A stretch of DNA of 62,981 nt, the filler included, from Candidatus Babelota bacterium (GTDB taxonomy: Bacteria > JAGOBX01), in the NCBI GenBank assembly GCA_017999075.1. It is 9 parts of 9 records of this genome, joined end to end, with 100 filler letters (N's around TTAATTAATTAA, not from the genome) between each part and the next. Parts side by side here need not be neighbours in the genome. Positions count along the whole stretch, not along the records: positions 12,501 to 24,848 come from JAGOBX010000057.1; positions 24,949 to 37,046 come from JAGOBX010000058.1; 7 more parts are not named here. The stretch is one strand, 5' to 3'. The notes beneath the pieces were generated by a model, which ran no database searches, was not told the DNA's origin, and worked only from the letters and a program-made list of their open reading frames with translations. The position numbers and the translations under genes are program-made. This document shows, piece by piece, positions 21,438 through 30,605 of the stretch (within the stretch, counting starts at the first letter, position 1; every line of letters begins with the position of its first letter).

Positions 21438-23018
21438 TTATTTATTTATTTCTTCAATCATAATTTTTACAGCATCATTGATTTTAATACTTGGAAATTC
21501 AAGAATTCCTTCAATAACATTCTTTGACTCCCTAATTCCATATATTTTATAATAATATAAACACCGGTCATTATCTAAAACCATCAAATTTCCGTAAATT
21601 ACATATTCTGCATTCAGATATAATCCTGCGCCAAGCGCTTCATATTCCGATGAAATATTTTCCTTTTCTATTGCTTTTAAACATTCAGAAAAAGTTTCTT
21701 TATAAATCGCCTTATTTTCAGGATGAACTAATACAACCTGTAATCTGATCTGAGATTCCAAAATAATTTTTAAAAGTCTAATCGAATCTTCAGTCTGACT
21801 TGTACTCGGAGGAGATATACCTATTACAGATGGAAATATCTTTATTCCTTCATTCTTAACGATAATATTATTCCTGACTTTTAATTCTTCTTTTATTATA
21901 TCCTGATGTTTTAATGCTTCCATATAAGGTTTCATTTTTAAATTGTCAAGTGATATTTGTCTAATTATGTTATTCAAACTATAGTCATATAATAAATTTT
22001 CTTGTTTCTCCGGCTCCTTTTCGATTTTACCGAAAGAATAAGCCAAAGTTATATTATGAGAATTTCCCAATTTTGAATAAGGTACAAAAGCATAATCAAA
22101 ACTGAATTCATTTATTTTTGCACCTGCTCCTATTGTTATCCCTGATCCGGCATCGTTCAATGAATCAAATCCGAATCTTAATCCATAGTTTTTAAACCAT
22201 AAAAATTCAATTCCCATATTATAAGACATTTCACTCGAATTGGAATACCCGATATCTGCCGCAGGAATTAAACAAAAAACATCATTGAATTCAATATCAG
22301 CATTGCAACCTGCTTTTATTGTCAGCGGTAAATCTTCTTTTTCCGACAAATATTTTAATTTTGTCCCTATATTTTTTAATGATAATCCGAATTTTACAGG
22401 TATGTCCAATTCAGGTTTAAACTGAATTCCCAAATCGATAGCTGCTCCTGAAGCAGAATATTCCGCAATTTCTGATTTTAAATATTTTAACGATGCTCCT
22501 AAACCTATATTTTTTACAAGTTCTACGCCATAACTTAAACTTACAGACATGTCTTCTGCATCAAACCCTCCAGATGTCAACTCTTCAGGGTTATTCTGAG
22601 AGCCTGTAATAAACGTCCTGTCAAATATTCCGCCATCAAATATTGTTACGCTTAACCCTAATGCCGACTTATGTTTATCAAATTTTAAAACTGCTCCGAG
22701 ATAATGAAATTTTAAATCCTGAAAATAATTGTTATGCATAAACATTATTTCATTTTTTTTCAAAAATCCCAAACCGCCGGGATTCCAGAACATACTGTTT
22801 ATGTCTTCCGCTACTGAAGTGAATGCGCCTCCTATTCCTATTGCCCTGGAACCTACAGGCATTTTTAAAAATAATCCCGACGCTTCGCCTGTTCCTGCAT
22901 AAACACCGTCATTAAAAAATAATAATATTGAAATTAAAAAAAAAATTATAAAAAAAACAAAACGCAATAAATAAAAAATATGGATTTTTTCATGTTTATT
23001 TTTTTTATTTGTTACCAT
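21438..23018 (-). CDS. PorV/PorQ-like (UPF0164) outer-membrane beta-barrel with an extra C-terminal domain
   Basis: FLKMPVGSRAIGIGGAF...FWNPGGL N-terminal signature; alternating beta strands; FDYAFVPY..LG..H.I.L.Y.F barrel end followed by about 190 extra aa. Confidence 0.8.
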   Translation of the reverse strand: MVTNKKNKHEKIHIFYLLRFVFFIIFFLISILLFFNDGVYAGTGEASGLFLKMPVGSRAIGIGGAFTSVAEDINSMFWNPGGLGFLKKNEIMFMHNNYFQDLKFHYLGAVLKFDKHKSALGLSVTIFDGGIFDRTFITGSQNNPEELTSGGFDAEDMSVSLSYGVELVKNIGLGASLKYLKSEIAEYSASGAAIDLGIQFKPELDIPVKFGLSLKNIGTKLKYLSEKEDLPLTIKAGCNADIEFNDVFCLIPAADIGYSNSSEMSYNMGIEFLWFKNYGLRFGFDSLNDAGSGITIGAGAKINEFSFDYAFVPYSKLGNSHNITLAYSFGKIEKEPEKQENLLYDYSLNNIIRQISLDNLKMKPYMEALKHQDIIKEELKVRNNIIVKNEGIKIFPSVIGISPPSTSQTEDSIRLLKIILESQIRLQVVLVHPENKAIYKETFSECLKAIEKENISSEYEALGAGLYLNAEYVIYGNLMVLDNDRCLYYYKIYGIRESKNVIEGILEFPSIKINDAVKIMIEEINK

Positions 23019-23109
23019 TTAATAATCTCCCTTTTTCCAAGGATTTTTTGATGAATTTTTTATGAATTTATGAAAAGTTTTTTTATAATATAATTAATAT
23101 AACTCTTAA

Positions 23110-23979
23110 TCATCTTACTACCGCAACTTTTTTCACTACTGTCTGACCGGCACCTTTAATCATAATAAAATATATGCCGCTCGCAGCAGGTTTCCCTTTT
23201 TTATTTATCACTGGCCACTGCCATATTATTTTTCCTTGCTGCACTGTGCTTATCGAATGTTCGTAAACAAGTTCACCAAGCACTGTGTATATTTCAATTT
23301 TACAGTCGTTTGTCAATCCTTTGACAAGTATCCCGCTTGACGGATTTGCCGGACTGTAATCAGTTCCTGTCTGCCAGTTTCCGTCGTTTGGAACAAATGG
23401 ATTCGGAAATACAACCACATTATCTAAATTTAAATCCATCGGCGCTGAAGTATCTACTAAACAATCACTGTCTTGAACTAATGCTAAAAATTGTCCGGGA
23501 GTTCCCCACTCAGATATAAGTCCGGAACCTGAAAATCCGCCGAATATTATGTTTCCCATTTCAATATCAATTTTTCCCCCGTCATTTTTTTTATTTATTA
23601 ATTGAAATGTTATAGTATGCGCCTGATTTAATCCCGTATATGTATCAAATCCGGCATAATCATAAAAAAATATTCCATTAGCAGTATTATGAGACGGATA
23701 ATTTTCATTTACGTTAATCACCGGCGATGATAATGTCCACAACGGCAAATCATTTGTATGAGAAATATATTTCATTACTGAAGTGTCCCAGCGAAGTAAG
23801 GTAGTTATCGACTGAACTCCGGTATCTCCAGCATCAAACTTAATTTTAATATCAAAATTATCACTAATCCCTATTGTATCAAAATTAATCTGAGAAGGTT
23901 CAGTAAATATTGAATATCCGAATATTATGGTGGAATTAAATATTATTAATAAAATTAATACCCACATTCTTTTATACAT
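23110..23979 (-). CDS. Secreted protein: cohesin-like domain + T9SS type A / FlgD-Ig-like C-terminal sorting domain
   Basis: Signal peptide; cohesin-like strands (FDIKI...LRWDTSVMKY...ITFQ); CTD VVVFPNPF...IEIYTVLGELV...W...GKPAASGIYF...KKVAVVR. Confidence 0.7.
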   Translation of the reverse strand: MYKRMWVLILLIIFNSTIIFGYSIFTEPSQINFDTIGISDNFDIKIKFDAGDTGVQSITTLLRWDTSVMKYISHTNDLPLWTLSSPVINVNENYPSHNTANGIFFYDYAGFDTYTGLNQAHTITFQLINKKNDGGKIDIEMGNIIFGGFSGSGLISEWGTPGQFLALVQDSDCLVDTSAPMDLNLDNVVVFPNPFVPNDGNWQTGTDYSPANPSSGILVKGLTNDCKIEIYTVLGELVYEHSISTVQQGKIIWQWPVINKKGKPAASGIYFIMIKGAGQTVVKKVAVVR

Positions 23980-23997
23980 TTTTATGACTCCCTTATT

Positions 23998-24738
23998 TTA
24001 TTGATTTAATCGTTTCCCAAAATCATTTTTGAACAAATTATAATCAGCATCGTCTATTATTCCATTATCATCTATATCTGCGTCATTTTCATAATTTAAT
24101 CCTGATCATTGAAATAAATATCTGAAATTCCGCAAATAAGATAAATCAGTAGAATTTACTATCCCGTCGTTATTTATATCTCCTGATAAAATTTTAGAAA
24201 ATAATGTCCATTCTATTCTGTCCGAAGAAACATATACGGTATCCCCTGAATCACTGTAAAATTTAAAGTTTGTAACTATGATTTTTTTTGTATTAACAAT
24301 TGTTAAATTTATATCTTGATTCATTTTAAATCTAATAGAATTTATCAAACTGTATAATCCTGTTATTCCTTTATTGCTGTCATCTGTTGCCATTCTTGCG
24401 CCTGTAACCTTTACTTTACCGTAAGAACTGTCATCATATACAACAAACAAATATGTATCATTTTCAATATCAATAATATTAGTCAGAAAAGCGCCTGGCA
24501 AAATATGGTTCGAATCAAATTTAAATATTTCAGTGTCGTATTCTATCTCAAATTGAAATACCATAGTTTTACCTGTAAAATCGGCATTAATTGAAGTTGA
24601 ACTAGTAGCAGAATCAGGATTATTTGTTTTATAAAATATACTGTCAGAATTTATTCCGCCTTCAAGTTCTGCTGTCCCGCAAAATCCCATATTTGCCGTA
24701 ATTGATAATATTAAAAATATTAAAATAAATTTTATCAT
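23998..24738 (-). CDS. Secreted cohesin-like + dockerin protein, interrupted by an in-frame TGA at 24106-24108 (ORF track stops there)
   Basis: FQFEIEYDTEIF cohesin-like strand. Dockerin repeat 1 GDINNDGIVNSTDL, then TGA, then in frame SGLNYENDADIDDNGIIDDADYNLFKNDFGKRLNQ and TAA at 23998-24000. Confidence 0.75.
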
Positions 24739-24753
24739 TCCTTCACCCCGTGT

Positions 24754-24848
24754 TTATCCGATATTTTCATTAATTATCGTGTTTTTTTTATTAACATTGC
24801 TCGATTCCCTTATTATCATATCTGTTTCAATCTTAATCTGTATCAACT
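24754..24848 (-). CDS. C-terminal fragment of a probable LacI-family regulator
   Basis: Manual translation LIQIKIETDMIIRESSNVNKKNTIINENIG*, where IIRES resembles the LacI terminal motif. Only 30 codons are visible. Confidence 0.5.
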
Positions 24849-24948
24849 NNNNNNNNNNNNNNNNNNNNNNNNNNNNNNNNNNNNNNNNNNNNTTAATTAA
24901 TTAANNNNNNNNNNNNNNNNNNNNNNNNNNNNNNNNNNNNNNNNNNNN
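24849..24948. other. Artificial contig linker
   Basis: N44-TTAATTAATTAA-N44. Confidence 0.98.
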
Positions 24949-25563
24949 GTTATATACTATTTCAATCTTATCGTTAGACATTACTCTTTCAACAATAACT
25001 TTCATTGCTCTGAATTTATCTCTGCGGTGTATCAAAAAAATTTTTGAAACAAATTTAGTTAAAAACAACGATTCTTCAAGAGCAGTATCTCCTCCGCCAA
25101 TAACAGCAACAATTTTATTTTTAAAAAAAGCTCCATCGCATGTGGCGCAGTAAGAAACTCCTTTTCCTGTAAATTCAGATTCTCCCTGAATATTAAGAAT
25201 TCTCGGAGAAGCTCCTGAACATAATATTAATGTTTTTGCAACATATTCCGTGTTTTTTGTGATAATTTTATGCGGTTGATTATAATTTCCTGCAATAATA
25301 TTCAATATTTCATCTGTTACTATTTCAGTTCCGAATTTTTTAGAATGTTCCAATAATTTTTGAATAAATTCATAACCGGAAACGGGTTCTGCAAAACCCG
25401 GATAATTTTCAATAAATTCAGTTATTATAATTTGTCCGCCAGGATATTTATTTTCGATTATCAAAGTTTTCAACTTAGCTCTCGAAGCATATAAGCCGGC
25501 TGTCAACCCTGCGGGGCCTGCGCCAACTATTATAACATCATATTCATTAAGGGTATTACTCAT
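24949..25563 (-). CDS. trxB: Thioredoxin reductase, 3' partial
   Basis: [30 protein letters not shown]. Confidence 0.95.
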
Positions 25564-25946
25564 TACGGCGTCGTTGTTAGAACTTTTTGAACTTTCTGAA
25601 ATGTTTGAACAACTTTTTCTTTTACAAACGGTTTTTCAATAAAATCAAAAGCTCCGGCTTTTATACATTCAAACAAAGTTTGCTTGCTTCCCATTGCAGT
25701 AACCATAATTACTTTAGTTGTGGGTTTTATCTGAAGGATTTCTTTCAAGGCTGTTATTCCGTCTTTTTCAGGCATTATTATATCTAAAGTCACTACTGCC
25801 GGATCAAACTGCTTAAACAATTCGACTGCTTGAACTCCATTCTCAGCTTCGCCGACAATTTCACAGCCAATTTCTTCCAATACATCAATCAGCTCAAATC
25901 TTATTATAGGAGAATCATCAGCTATAAGAACTTTTAACTTATCCAA
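25563..25946 (-). CDS. CheY-like single-domain response regulator
   Basis: IADD, LDIIMP (phospho-Asp), VTA, KPF. Confidence 0.9.
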   Translation of the reverse strand: MDKLKVLIADDSPIIRFELIDVLEEIGCEIVGEAENGVQAVELFKQFDPAVVTLDIIMPEKDGITALKEILQIKPTTKVIMVTAMGSKQTLFECIKAGAFDFIEKPFVKEKVVQTFQKVQKVLTTTP

Positions 25947-26042
25947 AATTGACCTCCGAGCAACATTTACTTTTTTTTTTAACTAACATATATTACAAAA
26001 AAAAAATAGTAAGTCAATAAAAAAATAATAAATATTATTTAT

Positions 26043-26558
26043 CTATTTATCAATACCTTCTCTTGCCGGAATTCCCTGATGATAATAATGTTTAATTTCT
26101 TTCATTTCAGTAACAAGATCAGCACATTCTATTAAAGAATGCGGCGCATTTCTTCCTGTCAAAATTAATTCCACATTTTTTTGTTTTTTCTTAATCAATT
26201 CAATTATTTTATCAACTTCTACAAAACCTGTTCCTGCTGCAGTAATAATTTCATCAAGAACTATTACATCATAATATCCGGATTCTATTTCATTTTTTAC
26301 TTCTTTGAATCCATTTTCAAATTTTTCCATATCAATTTTTTCAATTGTTCCGAAAATGAATTTGCCGCTTCCATATTGTTTTATTTTTAAATCAGGAAAA
26401 AAATCCTGGGCTTTAATTTCGCTTGTAAAATCAGCTTTCATAAACTGCGCAAAAAAAACTTTTTTTCCGCTGCATAAAGCACGCAAAGACAATCCCAGTG
26501 CTGCAGTAGTTTTTCCTTTCCCATTTCCTGTATAAATATGGGTATATCCTCTGTTCAT
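26043..26558 (-). CDS. cobO: Cob(I)alamin adenosyltransferase CobO/BtuR
   Basis: YTGNGKGKTTAALG, LDE, TGR, ADLVTEM..IKH. Confidence 0.93.
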   Translation of the reverse strand: MNRGYTHIYTGNGKGKTTAALGLSLRALCSGKKVFFAQFMKADFTSEIKAQDFFPDLKIKQYGSGKFIFGTIEKIDMEKFENGFKEVKNEIESGYYDVIVLDEIITAAGTGFVEVDKIIELIKKKQKNVELILTGRNAPHSLIECADLVTEMKEIKHYYHQGIPAREGIDK

Positions 26559-26611
26559 AATTCATTTTTCCGATTTATTATTTTATTTCAGATTCCGCGC
26601 TTATTATAATT

Positions 26612-28003
26612 TCATACCGGATACGCCTTATTTTCCACTGCAAGAGAATCATCATATTTATATTTAGCAGCTCGGCGGTTTTTAAAAAATTCTTCTGCAA
26701 GCGGAGGAAACATGCAGTATGTCAAAACGTCAGTATCAGTTTCCATATATTCCTTAATTTTTTCTTTCATATCGGATATTTCATTTTTTATATTATCTGC
26801 AGGTCTGCAGGTTATGGGTTTTTCTCCTTTCAAAACTTTTTCCTGAATTTCATCATCTATTTGCCCAGGAGGCATTCCATACTCTCCTTTAAAATATGCT
26901 TTTGTTTCATTTGTAATCATTTTATAACGTTCACCGGCAATTACATTCAATACAGCTTGAGTTCCAACTATTTGACTCGACGGAGTTACAAGAGGCGGAT
27001 ACCCGAAATCTTTTCTTACATTTGGAATTTCAAGCAAAACTTCATTTAACTTATTCTCAGCGCCAGCCTGTTTCAATTGAGATAATAAATTCGATAACAT
27101 TCCGCCTGGAACCTGATAATACAAAGCATTAACATCTACACTCATGATTTTAGGATCCAGCAAACCATTTTTTAAATATTTATCACGTATATTTCTAAAA
27201 TATTCACTTGCTTTATTTAAAAGTTTGGTGTCTAATCCAGTATCATACTGAGTATCTTTCAAACATGATGCTATAGTTTCCGTAGGAGGCTGAGAAGTTC
27301 CCATAGCAAAAGGAGATAACGCAGTATCTACAACATCAACACCGGCTTCAACAGCTTTCAAATAAGTCATTGAACCAAAACCAGTAGTGTAATGAGTATG
27401 CAACTGAATAGGTATTTTAATATTCTTTTTCAATTCTGAAACAAGTTCATATGCATCAAATGGTTTTAACAATCCAGCCATATCTTTTATACATAAGGAA
27501 TCGGCGCCCATGTCTTCAATCTGTTTTGCAAGCTTTATAAAAGCTTCTTTAGTATGGACGGGACTTATTGTATAACTTATGGTAACCTGCGCGTGAGCTT
27601 TTTCCTTTTTTACCGATTCCAATGATTTCCGTATATTCCTCATATCATTCAAAGCGTCAAACATTCTTACAACATCTATTCCATACGCCACCATTTTTTT
27701 TACAAATTCTTCAACCACGTCATCAGCATAATGCCTGTATCCAACCAAATTCTGCCCGCGAAGAAGCATTTGCAGTTTTGTTTTTTTAAATTTTGATTTG
27801 AATTTAGACAATCTGACCCAAGGATCTTCATTCAAAAATCTTAAACAACTGTCAAATGTGGCGCCTCCCCAGCATTCAACAGAATGATAACCTATATTAT
27901 CCATTATTTCAGCTATCTCAAGCATTTCATCTGTTGTCATTCTTGTTGCTATCAACGATTGATGAGCATCGCGTAAAACAGTTTCTGTAATTTTTAATTT
28001 CAT
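26612..28003 (-). CDS. Pyruvate/oxaloacetate carboxyltransferase (OadA / transcarboxylase 5S-like) without a fused biotinyl domain
   Basis: LRDAHQSL, ECWGGATFD, IKDMAG, HTH, PGGM.SN, LVTPSSQIVG. Confidence 0.9.
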   Translation of the reverse strand: MKLKITETVLRDAHQSLIATRMTTDEMLEIAEIMDNIGYHSVECWGGATFDSCLRFLNEDPWVRLSKFKSKFKKTKLQMLLRGQNLVGYRHYADDVVEEFVKKMVAYGIDVVRMFDALNDMRNIRKSLESVKKEKAHAQVTISYTISPVHTKEAFIKLAKQIEDMGADSLCIKDMAGLLKPFDAYELVSELKKNIKIPIQLHTHYTTGFGSMTYLKAVEAGVDVVDTALSPFAMGTSQPPTETIASCLKDTQYDTGLDTKLLNKASEYFRNIRDKYLKNGLLDPKIMSVDVNALYYQVPGGMLSNLLSQLKQAGAENKLNEVLLEIPNVRKDFGYPPLVTPSSQIVGTQAVLNVIAGERYKMITNETKAYFKGEYGMPPGQIDDEIQEKVLKGEKPITCRPADNIKNEISDMKEKIKEYMETDTDVLTYCMFPPLAEEFFKNRRAAKYKYDDSLAVENKAYPV

Positions 28004-28021
28004 GATTTCTCCTTGTTTTAA

Positions 28022-28402
28022 TTAAGATTCAATCTCAAAAAGCAATTCGTCTTTATCAACTTTTTGTCCGACTGAAACATAAATTTTCTTTAATTTTCCG
28101 TTTCCAGGAGATACGATTTCATTTTCCATTTTCATTGCTTCCATAACAAGAACAGGAGTATTCATACTAATTTTATCTCCTTCTTTCTTCAAAATTTTCA
28201 CGATGTTGCCAGGAAGAGAAGAAAATATTTTATTCGGATCGTCATTTTTATTTCCCTCAGTTTTAGAAGCTTCAGCCTTATTAATCAGATTTTCAAGTTT
28301 AAAACTCGGTTTATTTATAGGTTTTTTCTTAGGTTCATCAATTTGTTCTACTTCTACAAGGAATTGTTTATCATTTATTTTAACATTAAATTTTTTATAC
28401 AT
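28022..28402 (-). CDS. Biotin carboxyl carrier protein (1.3S/MmdC-like)
   Basis: EAMKM biotinylation motif. Confidence 0.92.
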   Translation of the reverse strand: MYKKFNVKINDKQFLVEVEQIDEPKKKPINKPSFKLENLINKAEASKTEGNKNDDPNKIFSSLPGNIVKILKKEGDKISMNTPVLVMEAMKMENEIVSPGNGKLKKIYVSVGQKVDKDELLFEIES

Positions 28403-28408
28403 ATATAT

Positions 28409-28618
28409 TTACCTCCAGTAACTATTAAAAATTTCATTTCTGTTTACCGAGTTTTTTTTAGCAAGCTTATTCCATTTGTAAATATGAAATTTCTTCAGGC
28501 TTCTTATTTTGAATCTTGCGCCTTCCATCATTTGGGCAATACATGTCGTAATCGCACAAATTTCTTCATCTGATGCTTCAAAACAAGGTTCAATAAAACT
28601 ATTTTTGTTATTTGCCAT
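28409..28618 (-). CDS. Small accessory subunit (OadG/MmdD C-terminal-like or carboxylase epsilon-like), no TM helix
   Basis: DEEICAITTCIA motif; lies between the carboxyltransferase and BCCP genes. Confidence 0.55.
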   Translation of the reverse strand: MANNKNSFIEPCFEASDEEICAITTCIAQMMEGARFKIRSLKKFHIYKWNKLAKKNSVNRNEIFNSYWR

Positions 28619-28641
28619 ATATTTTTTTGCCGTCCTTAATT

Positions 28642-30189
28642 TTATAACGGTATATTTCCGTGTTTTTTCGGAAACCGCTGTTCTCTTTTTGTTCTTGCTA
28701 TCTTAAGCGCATAAATAATTTTATTTCTCGTATCTTTAGGATCAATTACATCATCAACATAACCGCGTTCTGCAGCAACGTATGGATTAGCGAATTTATC
28801 AGTGTATTCAGTTATTTTTTCTTTTCTTGTTTCAACAGGATTTTCAGATTTCATAATTTCCTTTTTAAAAATTATATTTGCCGCTGCATCCGGCCCCATA
28901 ACAGCTATTTCAGCAGAAGGCCATGCAAAAACAAAATCTGCGCCAAGATGTTTGCTGCTCATAGCAATATATGCGCCTCCGTAAGCTTTCCTTAAAATTA
29001 TATTTATTTTGGGTACAGACGCTTCTGCATAAGCATAAAGCAATTTTGCTCCATGCCTGATAATCCCGTTATGTTCCTGATACACTCCAGGTAAATATCC
29101 CGGAACATCTGTAAAAGTTATAAGCGGTATATTAAATGCATCGCAAAACCTTATGAATCTTGAAGCTTTATCCGCAGAATTATAATCAAGAACTCCTGCA
29201 TTAATCTTTGGCTGATTAGCAATAATACCTATACTTCTCCCTCCAATTCTTCCAAAACCCACAACTACATTAGAAGCAAAATGAGGCTGTACTTCAAGAA
29301 AATCATCTCCATCTACTATTTTAAGTATTATATCTTTTATATCATAAGATTTGCTTGATTCTACCGGCAAAAGTGAAAATAAATCCGGTATAACTTTAGT
29401 CATAGTATCTTCGTTTTTAACGTATGGAGGATCATCCATATTATTCGATGGAATATATTCAAGAATAAGTTTAATCAAATCAAGGCAATCTTTTTCGTCT
29501 TCAGCAATGAAATGAGCTACACCGCTTTTAGTATTGTGCGTAACTGCTCCTCCTAACCCCTCAACTGTAACATTTTCTCCTGTTACAGCTTTAATAACTT
29601 GAGGTCCAGTAACAAACATCTGGCTTGTTTTATGAGTCATAAAAATAAAATCCATTATTGCTGGAGAATAAACTGCTCCTCCTGCACATGGACCCATCAC
29701 AGCAAGAAGTTGAGGTATTACTCCTGACGCCTGAGTATTCCTGTAAAATATTTCGCCGTATCCGGCAAGAGCATCTACTCCCTCCTGAATACGGGCCCCG
29801 CCCGAATCATTTATTCCAATTACAGGACATCCGTATTTCACTGCAAGATCAAGTATTTTACATATTTTTTTTGCGTGCATTTCACCAAGAGAACCGCCTA
29901 TTACGGTAAAATCCTGAGAATATAAAAAAACTCGCTTTCCGTTTATCAATCCATATCCTGTTATTACGCCATCTGCAGGAGCTTCAGTGTTATGCATATC
30001 AAAATCTGAACACCGGTGTTTTACAAACTGATCTATTTCATTAAAAGTGTTTTCATCCAGCAGATAGTCTATTCTTTCACGAGCAGTCATTTTCCCGTAT
30101 TTTTTTTGTTTTTCAATTTTATCAGCGCCGCCCATAGAATTAATTTTCCCTTTTCTTTCATACAACTCTTCTATTTTTTTTTCACCCAT
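28642..30189 (-). CDS. Methylmalonyl-CoA/propionyl-CoA carboxyltransferase (12S/MmdA/PccB-like)
   Basis: DSGGARIQEG, GPCAGGAVYSPA, RKAYGGAY, KKHGNIPL. Confidence 0.93.
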   Translation of the reverse strand: MGEKKIEELYERKGKINSMGGADKIEKQKKYGKMTARERIDYLLDENTFNEIDQFVKHRCSDFDMHNTEAPADGVITGYGLINGKRVFLYSQDFTVIGGSLGEMHAKKICKILDLAVKYGCPVIGINDSGGARIQEGVDALAGYGEIFYRNTQASGVIPQLLAVMGPCAGGAVYSPAIMDFIFMTHKTSQMFVTGPQVIKAVTGENVTVEGLGGAVTHNTKSGVAHFIAEDEKDCLDLIKLILEYIPSNNMDDPPYVKNEDTMTKVIPDLFSLLPVESSKSYDIKDIILKIVDGDDFLEVQPHFASNVVVGFGRIGGRSIGIIANQPKINAGVLDYNSADKASRFIRFCDAFNIPLITFTDVPGYLPGVYQEHNGIIRHGAKLLYAYAEASVPKINIILRKAYGGAYIAMSSKHLGADFVFAWPSAEIAVMGPDAAANIIFKKEIMKSENPVETRKEKITEYTDKFANPYVAAERGYVDDVIDPKDTRNKIIYALKIARTKREQRFPKKHGNIPL

Positions 30190-30605
30190 AATTTATGCGC
30201 CTCCAATTTCTACTAAGTAAAACATAATCTTGCAATTATGTGAAATATTTCGGTTTAATTTATATTTTTTTTAAATCAACCCGAGTTTGATGATTCAAAA
30301 ATTTTATGTTTTTTATTATACCTGATAAAATTAAATTATTCAACATTAAACTGTAAATCTTTCATGATTGTTTTTTTATAACAATTCAATATGTTTAAAT
30401 TTTCCAAAAAAAATATTCTATAATTAAATGAAATTATAAAAATAATATAAATAAAACAAAAAAATATTTGACTAAATGATAGTTGTTTATAAAATAAAAT
30501 ATTTATAAAATAAAATCTATAAAATTATTTACATTTTTTTAATAATTTTTTTTTGATTTTATAAGAAAATACTAAAGTAAATATATTGTTAAAGAGGATT
30601 TTTCA

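Noticed and set aside
23045-23076. Short ATGAA(TTT) direct repeats upstream of the PorV-like gene as a regulator site
   Set aside because: Low complexity in an AT-rich genome; cannot be distinguished from chance.
24060-24108. Selenocysteine at the dockerin TGA
   Set aside because: No convincing hairpin immediately 3' by eye, and the position is a non-catalytic linker; not formally excluded.
30190-30605. Cobalamin riboswitch upstream of the carboxyltransferase/cobO cluster
   Set aside because: The region is extremely AT-rich with no recognisable B12-box; it looks like a divergent promoter region.
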